Source of the DNA: Mytilus californianus
Lineage: Eukaryota
Direction of reading: 5' to 3'
DNA: 64,000 bases
NCBI RefSeq assembly: GCF_021869535.1
Contig: NW_026262712.1
Coordinates: 10,106,001-10,170,000, forward strand
Positions within the stretch are counted from its first letter, which is position 1, and each line of letters begins with the position of its first letter. Positions 53,121 through 64,000 of the stretch are shown piece by piece. Position numbers and translations under genes: made by a program. The notes under the pieces are model-generated. The model saw nothing but the letters and a program-made list of their open reading frames with translations. It had not been told where the DNA came from and made no database searches.

Positions 53121-53237
53121 TTATTACTTGTTATTGTCTCCCTTGCCCTCATTTGCTTTATTCGAAAGGAAAAGAGTTACAAGGATTATAGAAGACGTTC
53201 TGCTGGAAACTTTGGTAGTGGAATTCAAAAGTTGTGA
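53121..53237 (+). CDS. Tetraspanin terminal coding exon (end of TM4 + tail)
   Basis: ttttcag|LLLVIVSLALICFIRKEKSYKDYRRRSAGNFGSGIQKL*; total CDS 247 aa; AATAAA at 53577 and 54008. Confidence 0.88.
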   Translation, partial: LLLVIVSLALICFIRKEKSYKDYRRRSAGNFGSGIQKL

Positions 53238-54829
53238 GATTGGAACTGTGTAGCCATACATTTGAACCCTATATTACAGTGTGTACTTTGAATTGTAATG
53301 TGCATGTTTGGGATGTTATAACTAATCTTAGAAACAAAAGAACAGATCACTTTCGAACAGAATTTTATGTAGTGTGTTTATCATTGCAGAAGGATGACTC
53401 CTATACAAATGTAAACTTAGACATTTTTGTGTACATTTATTGTATAGATCCTTCAAAAATGGACAAAAATGCAAGTTTGATTACCAGGATTGTGATTTCA
53501 GGAAATGCTACAATTAAATATTAAAATCATAAAGATTTTTTTTGTAGCGAACATATCATGTAGCAATTTTCTGTATAATAAAAATGTCTATAAATTTCTG
53601 AATTTATGGTAATTAAAACTTATTTTTAGTCAACTGTTCTATGGTATTTGAAAAGTTCCAAGATCTTGCATTAAAAAATACATGCAATGAATTCTTAATA
53701 CATAGTTATTAAAGACATGTCTCACTGGTTGAAACATGCTCACAATAAACAGTCTTTCATATAGTCTGCCTTTCTTTATCTTCTCCATTTACCAAAGAAA
53801 TATTCAGAGATGTGTTTCTGGATATATTGTAATTTGCATGTTTTGCATGTAAAAGAAAAGGTGGATGTTGTTAAATGTTTGTATTATTGAAATATGCACA
53901 ACATCTCTAAATAAGGTAGAAAAGAAAGGAAAGGGTAAAGAATTTTTAAGTTTGAATAAATAAATTGCTACACTTGCCATCATAAGTTCAAATTTGCTAA
54001 AATGCTCAATAAATAAACTATATTGCGCTGAGAAATTGATCACTTCTTTATTCAATTGATTTGAGTTTTTTGTGGCAAGTTAAAAATTAATTTCATGTCA
54101 TTGCCAAGTAAATTTTGAACCTGATGTTTTCAAGACTTATGAAGAATAATTGACAAAACATTGGTAAATATAGACAGGTTATTCACGTTTTTATCTCATC
54201 TGCTATGAATCAAATATTGTGAGACACTAAAACTTCAACACCAACTACAAGAAGGTCTTTGGTATTGATTGGTTAAAAGTGTATTTATTCTTCATGTGAA
54301 AATTGTGATATTTATATATTTTTTATTATATTTTTGTCAAGTATTGCATTTGTACATGTATTTTGATTTTATATAAAAAAAAACTATATATAAAAATGAT
54401 ACAAAAATGTAATAATAATACTTAAAAAGTAAAAAAGATAAAAAAAAAAATATGATATAGTATTGGTATTTTTTTCTCAAGGGATTGCATGTGTCATTCC
54501 TTTATTCTCTTCAATGAATTTATATGAACTGCTGGAGTACTGGTTATTTAACTCCAGTAATGTAAAAGAAAAAAAATATGGTGTATTAATCTTTGAGATC
54601 GTCTCTACATGCACTTGTCAAAATTCAAAGCATAAATTGCTGAACTATGTTTCAAAGACACAGCGAGACCATCAATATTTCCAATTTTCCAAACTTCATT
54701 TCCCATTAAAATTTACTAAAGACCATACCAATTTTGTGCAATGAAACTTCACAGAATGATTGCACATATATTTCAGCTTTGCACCTGCTATTATGGAATT
54801 GTTTAGATAATTATACCCCATGCAATTTT

Positions 54830-55970
54830 TTTCGTCAGGTATAATGTTTTTGACCTGTCCGTCCGTCTGTCCGTCCGTCTGTCCAACCATCCGTCCATCT
54901 GTCTGTCTGTCCGTCCATCCAGTCATCGCAACTCCTCTGAAACCACACAACAGAAATTCATGAAACTTTGTAGATAATAAGGACATACTATGTAGATGCG
55001 CATATCGACAGGAAATTATGATTCAATTTTTTTTCCAGGAGTTATGCCCCTTTGCACTTATTGGCTCAATATACTACTGCACAGTTTGTCATCACAACTT
55101 CTCTGAAACCACACAACAGAATTTCATGAAACTTTGTAGATAATAAGGACATACTATGTAGATGTGCATATCTACAGGAAATTATGATTCAATTTTTTTT
55201 CTAGGAGTTATGCCCCTTTGCACTTATTGCCCTCAATATATTACTGCAAAGTTTGTCATCGCAACTCCTCTGAAACCACAGAACAGAATTTCATGAAACT
55301 TTGTAGATAATAAGGACATACTATGTTGATGTGCATATTGACAGGAAATTATGATTCAATTTTTTTTCTAGCCCCTTTGAACTTTTTAGCCTCAATATAC
55401 TACTGCAACAGTTTGTCATCTCAACTCCATTGAAACCACACAACAGTTTCATGAAACTTTGTAGATAATAAGGACATACTATGTAGATGTGCATATCTTA
55501 AGGAAATTATGATTCAATTTTTTTTCTAGGAGTTATGCCCTTTGAACTTATTGGCCTCAATATACTACTGCAACAGTTTGTCATCACAACTCCTCTGAAA
55601 CTGCACAACAGAATTTCATGAAACTTTGTAGATAATGAGGACATACTATGTAGATGTGCATATCGACAGGAAATTATAATTCAATTTTTTTTCTAGGAGT
55701 TATGCCCCTTTGAACTTAGAATTTTGGCCTAAATATACTCCTTCAACAGTTTGTAATCACAACTCCTCTGAAACTACACAACAGAATTTCATGAAACTTT
55801 GTAGTTAATGAGGACATAATATGTTAATGTGCATTTCCACAAGAAAATTTTTATCAGTTGACTTTTGTAGAGTTATGAGTCTTTGAACTTAGGAATCTTG
55901 TGAGATTTTGTTTGTCCAGTGACAATGTGGGGGCGTGGGGTATGTGAGCGTGCTCACAAAGGTTCTTTAA
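54830..55970 (+). repeat. HINE-like element with 6-7 tandem about 145-165-bp units
   Basis: gtccgtccgtctgtcc microsatellite, then repeated caactcctctgaaaccacacaacagaatttcatgaaactttgtagataataaggacatactatg. Confidence 0.8.
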
Positions 55971-58900
55971 TTTGATCATATTTTTATCGACTTTGGAGCT
56001 GAGTGAATTTTCAGAAAAAATTCAAAAGATGATTTAATTTTCACATTTTTGGTTTTACCCCCAGACCGTTAGAACTTACAGAGAGCTAGCAAACATATCT
56101 ACATTGTGCACTTTAAATTATGGATTTATCATTGTTTGTCCTATATTTTATATTTTATATTTCTATATATTGAAATGTTCAGTATAGACCATTACTATAT
56201 ATGTTTAAAGTCTATCTGCACAACCCAGCCATTTGAGCCTTTGATCCATTTTTATATCTCTTTTTGGCAGAGATCAATGTTTTGATTTCTTGTCTCCCTT
56301 TATAATTGTGTTGTTGACAATGTCAAGCTTTGACTACTAAAGGCATCACACTTCTGTCATCTTTTGTCAATAACACACAGTCCACTCCACATAACACTTT
56401 TGAACTGCAACTCCTTGAAAAGGCTGGAGGGAATATGGATGAAATATTGAAGAATACAATCAATATACAGTCATGGATCCACGCAAGTGTCACTTTTGTC
56501 ACTTAATTCATTTAACACCCTTACTTTTGATTGATAAGTTGGTGTTTTTTGTCACTTTCAGCACTATTGTGCTATTTTGTGGTAATCAGTTTTTATTGGT
56601 GGCAGTAACCTGAGGGCCCAGAGAGAACCACCGACCTTCAGTAGGAAAACTGACAATCCTTACTTTTGAGATGTATAATTATACTTCTCATAAATTTATC
56701 TGATCTGAATAAACAAGTTACTTTAACAATGTTATTTTCATCCTTTTACCACATCTTATACATTCAGATGTTTTTACCGAAAGTGATCCTTTAACTACAG
56801 GGTATTTATAATAGGACTGTAATAATTAGTATACAGATTAATAAAATTTCAAAACTATTTCAAGATAAAACGGGCATATAACCTGTGACCTCTAGTTGCT
56901 TCTATTTCATTTGGTCTCTGGTGGAGAATTTTTTCACTGGCAATCAAATCACATGTACCACATCTTCTTATTTTTATATATATGATATATAAATTGATCA
57001 GGTGCCTTTTATAACAATCTAGACTGTATGGGTTTTGCTCCTTGCTGACAATTGTACATTTACCTGTCCTTTAGTCAGTTGGGAATATATGTCTAATTGT
57101 CAATCATACATCATCTTTTAACATGTTTAATACTTTATATAAAGAAATGTAGGAACAAGGGAATAAGATTAAAAGATAACCCGGACAATGATAAATTATT
57201 CAAGTTATATGTTAAATAAAATGCTTAGCCGAATGCAGCCTGATACGACCACAGAGGTCGAAACCTGAACAGTTGGGGCAAGTTTGAACACAATATTCAA
57301 GCTTGATACTGTCTGAATTTGGATTGTGATAAAATTTTTGACATAATATAGGTTTCTGGCACAAAATAAATGTGGCCAAAGATCTTAAAAATTTGAAATG
57401 CGACATTTAATTTACCTAGTATGGTCTGATATCCAAAATCTAACAACATTGTTAGATTCAACATATAAAAAAAACACCAAAAATTTAATTTCAGCAGAAA
57501 TCAAACAAAGTTTAATTTTGGACCCTTCAAACCTTAATATGGACTAATTTGAAAACAGGGCCCAAAATAAAAAATCTAAATGCACAATAAGATTCAGCAT
57601 ATCATAGAGCCGCAATAATTCAGTTTTTGATGAAATCAAACAATTAATTTTGGACCCTTTGGACCTCAATGTAGACCAATTTGAAAATGGGGCCCAATAT
57701 CCAAAATAGTAATACAAGGTTAGAACCCCCAAAAATTAAAGACTTTAAATTAATCCCATTGAAATTGGTTAAAAGATTTGTATTTATTTTCAACTGAAGA
57801 TTTCTTGCTATTGCGCAATACTGTGCTATTGTGCAATACTATGTTATTGCGCAATATTCAATACTGTGTTATTGCACAATACTGTTCTATTGCGCAATAC
57901 TGTGCTATTGAAGATTTCTTGCTATTGCACAATACTAACCAAAAAATTACGAAAAAAAAAATCCTCCATAAAATTTTTTTTTGAAAAAATTTGTTATTTT
58001 GAAAAATCTTGAAGAAGAAAAGTACAAATTGAAGTATGAACCCCCCAAAAAAAATTGAAAACAAAAATCCCTCCCCCCCCCCCCTTGGAGTAATTACCCC
58101 CAAACTCAATCCCAGCCTTCCCTTTCTGGTATGGAACCTTGTAGTACAATTTCAGAGAGATCCATACACTTAAACACAAGTTATTGTCTGGAAACTAGAA
58201 CAATGCTTGTTTTTGACCCCTTTTTTGCCCCAAATTCCTGAACGTTTGGGGCAATTACCCCAAAACTTAATTCCAGCCTTCCCTTTGTGATATGGAACCT
58301 TGTGGTACAATTTCAGAGAGATCCATACACTCACACACAAGTTATTGTCCGGAAACTACAAAAATGCTTGTTTTTGGCTCCTAATTCCTAAACTGTTGGT
58401 ACCATAACACCCAAAAACAATCCCAACCTTCCTTTTGTGGTATTGAACCTTCTGGTAAAATTTCATAGAGATCCATTCACTTAAACTAAAGTTATTGTCC
58501 GGAAACCAAATGTGTCTTCAGACGAAGACAAGGACGACATGATAGCATTATACGAACGCAAAAAAATTTTTGCGGTTGTGTAAAAAGTGAGAAGACACTA
58601 AGGGGAAAAGAAAAAAGGTCTCATATTTGTTTAGGGGCCAGATGAAGCCCGCCTCTGGGTGCAGGATTTTCTCACGGTGTTGAAGACCCATTGGTGGCCT
58701 TTGGCTGTTTTCTGCTTTGGTTGTTGTCTCTTTGACACATTGCCCATTTCCATTCTCAATTTTACTCATTAATATTTCTTGTTTTTCATTTATTGTTTTG
58801 TACGTTGACATAAATCAGGCTTTTAGAAGTTTTAGTTTCTAGTTTGAATTGTTTTATCATGTTTATGTTTGCCTTTTCTGGGCCTTTTATAGTTTGCTAT

Positions 58901-60168
58901 GAGGTATAAGTTTTGCTCATTGAAGAAGCCCGTACACAAATGGTACAGTGATTTACATTTGTTAACTTCTATGTCCTTTGGTCTCTGGTGGAGAGTTTTT
59001 ATCATTGGCTATAATATCACATCTTCTTATTTTTATTTAGACAACATTATAGCCACAAAAATATGTGGAAAAAAAAAAAATAAAACTAAAAATTGAAAAA
59101 CAAGATGTAATAAAATTAATAAATGTTTTTATATTTAAAGCAGCAACATACCGGTACATGCAGTCAATTTATAACTAAGAAGTAAAACATTCTTTTAACA
59201 GCTTGCATAACAGGATTCAACAAAAAAAAATGTCAACACATACATCCAAAACATACTATGATTGCAATTCATATACAACAAAATCTTCTCTCACAAGGGC
59301 ACAATGGTTTATATTTTAATTGTAGTAAAAATAATTTGGTACATGGTACAGAAAATTCTGTGCTAATTTTTTCGTAACTTTTGTTCTCTATAATCTCGAC
59401 CCAAATAGGCATAGACATGATAGACAGAAACAATTAATTATCAAAATAAATTGTAAAAGCACAATTTTAGGCTCTTTTTGTCAGAAATGATAGGGCGAAG
59501 CCATTAAACTCCAAAACATCACCTTATTTCCTACTACATGCATATGTGTACTAAGAGGCTTTAACTCACTTTACACAATTCGCAAGGACAGGGAAACAAG
59601 AAATAAATTACCAATTTGTATAATTAAAACATGGACAGACGGGACTTCCCCTAAAGTGTCAATGTGATATTAAGAATACTGTTGATCAACCTTTTTTCAT
59701 ATTACTGATACTCCTACAGGTTACTGATGGGTACTAAGCTGAGAAGAATACCAATTTTTCAAGTCTATTATTGTTAAGTTTGACTGACAGGAGGATGAAC
59801 AAATGGAAATAGAGAGTAAACAGTTATGAGAGAGCAAGCCCCAAAAAATATCTTTGGAGAAAAAAACTGTTATCCTCCAAAGGTAACTGTAAATCAGAAA
59901 GTTTAGCAACCTTTTTTATCATGTAAATCAGAAAGTTTAGCAACCTTTTTTATCATGTAAATAGAATGCAAGATCATGAAGATTGGAATTGGATAATTTT
60001 GGAAAATAAAACATCTGAACTTTTCGTCGTGTTTGTATCGCACATGTTTTTAGTCCATTGTACAACAAATGCAATAATAAAGCAGACCAAATTTTCTGAA
60101 AAGCTCATCACTAAATATTCTATGTTAATGTTTCACGACAAAATGCTATAAATATAAGTCTTCATGGT

Positions 60169-60840
60169 CAGTCAGGGGTACTACTTGTACAAGTAATTTT
60201 TATTTACTTCAAGAAGTAAATATTAATATACTTGTATAAGTAAATTTGAAGGATACTTATACAAGTGTATTTTATTTACTTGAATAGGTAAAAAAAAATT
60301 GGGCTTAGTTATGTCCCTTAGACATTCAGATTTTTTTACTTATACAAGTAAAAAAGTCATCCTATCTTCTTTTCTTGAATTCTTAGGACTTCTTTGCTCT
60401 AATAGAATTTTTGATTGTCTGTCCTTTGCAGATGTCTTTACTAATCATTTAAGTGTAATTTCATGGACAATGAAAATCTCATTTGTCTGTTATCTTCAGA
60501 ACACTGCTCATTTACAAGCCCCCAAGGGGCAATTTTTGAAGGCCTTGCGCAAATACTTAAGATCTTTGCGCAATCAGTTTCTTTGTTGAATTAATGAGAT
60601 GAAACATTGAACTCTAACCAAAAATTATGAGCTAACCTGAGAAAAATTGTTAAAGACATGTTTTTACATCTCAAAACTTGAGAATTTTTGTGGGATTGTA
60701 AAAAAAATTTACTTATACAAGTAAATTTTTGAGAAAATTAAGGGGAGATTATTCAAACATTATAATTAACTTATATAAGTTTATTTTATTTACTTCTTCA
60801 AGTAAATAAAGATTACTTGTACAAGTAGTACCCCTGACTG
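60169..60840. mobile_element. MITE with about 75-bp TIRs and 5-bp TSD (copy 2)
   Basis: Same family as 41069-41748; ATGGT duplicated on both flanks; ends 37 bp beyond the stop codon of the NTPase/REase ORF. Confidence 0.9.
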
Positions 60841-60877
60841 ATGGTTGTGGTTGGGTGATGTCATTTCAACCCACAGA

Positions 60878-62722
60878 CTATTTGTTTTTACAGCTTGAAA
60901 CAACAGAGGTTTTTACAACTGCTTCTAACAGACTATGAAATTTTTCGTCATAAAACTTCAATGAATTCAAAATATGTGGAGCACCTATGTTGACAATGGA
61001 AATGTTTTTAAAAATGTAATTCCCTGTAAGATTATATGTATCACTTTCTTTTGTCGCATTAATAACCACTACATGAAGCGTGACTTCATCTATGATGTCT
61101 TTAAAGACTGATAATGCTCTGCTCATTGTAATTCCAGTGTGCAAGGATCCTGTTGCAACCCGTACCAAAAATAGCATCCCTCTATTTTTAGATTTCTTTG
61201 ATGGTGGACTGCTACTTGATTCGTCACTACTACCAGAATCAAACAAAGTAGGCTGAGTGTATAGAAAATAATCAAAGCCCATGAAATTTGTAACATGAGG
61301 ATAAATAATGAATGACTGATCATTACACTTTTCTATTTCTCTTTTCACATAAACGGCAGCTTTGCACACATTTGCTAAATGACCTTTATATTTCTCCTGT
61401 ATTATTGCATCTTTTACAATTTCATTTTTTGGTCTTAAGCAATATAACTTTCTGGGCTTCATTACTCCGTCACATTGTATATACTCATTTGTATCGGATG
61501 CTTCTAGACTACAAGTATCAAAAAATTTATGTTTATCGGGGATAATAACACAATCGTTTTCCACTTGACAATTTACAAGACCATCCTTGAACATTTTCCG
61601 CAAACTACCATTTTGTAGACTAAAATCCAAAATTCTATTAGCATCTTCACAATTTAATACCTCTTCCAACTTCAAAGGCAGCTTTTCTATCCAATGTTGA
61701 CCAAGAAAGGGCACTAAATGGCTGATAGTTACATATCGATCCCCTTCTTCCAGCTCGAGCTCGTAAAATCTGCAATTATCCTCCAAATCCTGCCTGGTTA
61801 CTTCAAGAATTTTAATGTCAAATATATTAATAGCTACCTTAAAATTAGCAACCTGAGAAAGTGTACAAATTATGTTTTTACCCTGCCCAACTAGGCAGTC
61901 CAAAAGTAGTTTAGTATCAAGTAAAAATGTTTCACAATAACTGCTTTTCAATTCATCTTTAAACATTGCAATCTCTTCTCTTAATTTAATTTCAGCACAG
62001 TAAGAAATTTCGTTAATTTTTTTACCAAATATGAACATTTCATCGAATGCATCATGTAATAGTCTTGGTGTAACTATGAATTTATCCTTCAACTCATAAT
62101 ATACCTTATCACCTAATTTGAGTAAAGAACTAACTAATTCATGTCGCCCTGGGAAATCTGTACTTTTTACTGACAACATTCCGTTCCAAATCCTTTCAAA
62201 GTCATTTAGATCTAGTTGAAAGTCCTTGTTGAAGTCAAGGTTAGTTGTATAAACACATGCAGTGAATCTAGATTCTATTAAAACTATTTTTGCAAAAGAT
62301 GTGAGTTCTTCAATTTTTTCGACTAACTTCCCGTTAAATAAAGTCACATGATCAATGACCAAACAATCGTTATTTTTTACACTGGCAATGTATTGAGAGA
62401 ACTTTTCTAAATTCTTATCCTTCTTTTCAATTATACTCAAGTCAACATAATGAATTCCTCCATCTCCATTTTTTCTACAACTAAGAACATGATACATCAC
62501 AGATGAAGATTTGCCGATACCTTGAATCCCTACAATTCTTTCTTTTTGAAGAGCACCTTTTCTGACTGCTTTAATAACTTCCAAAAAATGGTTATGGAAT
62601 TTGGTTTTGATAAAACATTTATCTTTAAAATTCCTTGCAAATGTTTTATATGTCAGAAAATGTTCATCTGTCTCTGCAACTTTCAGAATCTCTTCCTCAA
62701 ATCTATTCTTTATGTCTGGGTC
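60878..62722 (-). CDS. Terminal exon (614 aa) encoding a P-loop NTPase + putative REase-fold domain, Crinkler/RHS-like
   Basis: The listed ORF starts at a TTG. The frame stays open 46 codons further (DPDIKNRFEEE...) up to acceptor ctgtttttag| at 62725-62723. Walker A GIQGIGKS, Walker B CLVIDH, IVTPRLL, C-terminal YPHVTNFMGFDYF...LFLVRVATGSLH. No stops in 1845 nt. Upstream exon not identified. Confidence 0.75.
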   Translation of the reverse strand, partial: DPDIKNRFEEEILKVAETDEHFLTYKTFARNFKDKCFIKTKFHNHFLEVIKAVRKGALQKERIVGIQGIGKSSSVMYHVLSCRKNGDGGIHYVDLSIIEKKDKNLEKFSQYIASVKNNDCLVIDHVTLFNGKLVEKIEELTSFAKIVLIESRFTACVYTTNLDFNKDFQLDLNDFERIWNGMLSVKSTDFPGRHELVSSLLKLGDKVYYELKDKFIVTPRLLHDAFDEMFIFGKKINEISYCAEIKLREEIAMFKDELKSSYCETFLLDTKLLLDCLVGQGKNIICTLSQVANFKVAINIFDIKILEVTRQDLEDNCRFYELELEEGDRYVTISHLVPFLGQHWIEKLPLKLEEVLNCEDANRILDFSLQNGSLRKMFKDGLVNCQVENDCVIIPDKHKFFDTCSLEASDTNEYIQCDGVMKPRKLYCLRPKNEIVKDAIIQEKYKGHLANVCKAAVYVKREIEKCNDQSFIIYPHVTNFMGFDYFLYTQPTLFDSGSSDESSSSPPSKKSKNRGMLFLVRVATGSLHTGITMSRALSVFKDIIDEVTLHVVVINATKESDTYNLTGNYIFKNISIVNIGAPHILNSLKFYDEKFHSLLEAVVKTSVVSSCKNK

Positions 62723-64000
62723 CTAAAAACAGAAAAAATAAACATGCTCTGAAAATTATTCATCAGTGAAACACAATGGTTGTTAAATGGTATGAAGCAA
62801 AATTTCAAGAAGAAAACAAGCAAATTTGATATTAATTTACCCTGCTTTGTGCTAGACCTGAACATGCTGAGCCAAATTTGTAACAATCCTCATTAAGACA
62901 TATCACTCAATATTTAAAATGAAGAATGATGCAAGATTGCTGTTAGCCAATCAAAATAACGTATAATAATGAAACATACTTCTATTAGTATAGGGGGAGG
63001 GTTGAGATCCCTATACACTTATTATTTGACACTGAGCCAACCAGTCTTTGCTTTAACTACTAAATTTTTGCATGCTTAGCACAGAAATAACAATATTATC
63101 TAAAAGTTTAAAGTCTTCTTTAGTTTGAGACAACTTCCCTCAGTGTAGCCAAGCCTTCTACCATGAGACCATAAGGCTGGTTGATTTATTATGTTTATCA
63201 GGTTTTCAATATGAAGTTATTACGAGGAAGAAAATATGGATGAATAGATTCATCATATTAATCACAGTTTTGATCTTTGAAGTCTTTTGTTCTGCTTGGA
63301 TTGGGCCAAAACATGGCACTTGTTGTTTTACTGGTCCTGTTGATAGATATCATAGTGTTTAATTTTGTCTTTTTTTGAATTTGCCCTCGAGTTTAGCATT
63401 TTTTCTCAATCTGCCTTTGGTGAAATATTTCATGGACTCAGCCAATCATACTCTTTTTTAAATCTTCTTTGTAACGTTGATTATATTGTTTCGTACAAAT
63501 TTTGGTAAAGTCAAATGCCTATTACAGTTACTACATGTACTAATAATTACATTAGATAAAATTGAGAATGGAAATGGGGATTGTGTCAAAGAGACAACAA
63601 CCCGACCAAAGAGCAGATAACAGCCGAAGGCCACCAATGGGTCTTCAATGCAGCGAAGAAAATCCCGCACCCGGAGGCATGCTTCAGCTGGCCCCTAAAC
63701 AAAAATGTATACTAGTTTTAGAATGCAGCAATACTTTTTTGTAGGTTTTCATGTTTTTTGTATTATTTTTTCATCAAAATATGTAAACTCTACTTTATCT
63801 GACAGAATCAAACTTTTCATTTCTAGCCATCAGTAGCCTTTACTGTCATTCTTTTTTCTTCAGATGCTAGGTTATAATCTGCATTAAAAACTCAGAATTT
63901 ATCTAATTGTAATTATTATTCCCTAAAATTGTTGTGACTTATTAAATAAACTGCTTCGCTGAGCGCAGCTGGATACGACCGCAGAGGTCCAACCCTGAAC

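Noticed and set aside
53234-53524. 96-aa ORF overlapping the tetraspanin stop codon
   Set aside because: Lies in the 3' UTR, starts at a non-ATG codon, and has no recognisable motif.
59720-59883. Plus-strand exon-like segment (cctacag|...ccaaag|gtaact)
   Set aside because: Stops in all three frames and no partner exons found.
59890-59962. Perfect 34-bp tandem duplication
   Set aside because: Simple slippage duplication in non-coding sequence with no further structure.
62841-62910. Candidate upstream exon for the NTPase/REase gene (CLNEDCYKFGSACSGLAQSR|GTAAAT)
   Set aside because: The donor and phase fit, but the acceptor is poor and an in-frame stop lies just upstream; unsupported without transcripts.

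Overview
AT-rich, repeat-dense animal genomic DNA with GT-AG spliced genes. The repeat families and gene types point to a bivalve, most likely a Mytilus mussel (inference). The left part holds a head-to-tail tandem pair of minus-strand NLR-like genes: DZIP3-type HEPN RNase + coiled coil + STAND (nSTAND3-like) NTPase + about 19 ankyrin repeats. One copy runs off the left edge. The other is complete but has a TGA nonsense codon and a 5-nt frameshift in its last exon, a splice-donor-derived minisatellite in its first coding intron and an ISRE-like upstream site. The centre holds POLR2L (RPB10, 67 aa, two coding exons, missed by the ORF track) head-to-head with a 7-exon, 247-aa TSPAN4/9-like tetraspanin, the same arrangement as human POLR2L-TSPAN4. 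Nested transposons and a Penelope-type hammerhead ribozyme lie between these two genes. The right end holds a 614-codon terminal exon encoding a P-loop NTPase plus a putative restriction-endonuclease-fold domain resembling Crinkler/RHS modules. The rest is MITEs, Helentron/HINE-like elements, hairpin elements and decayed LINE/Penelope fragments. All domain calls are by motif recognition; no searches were run.
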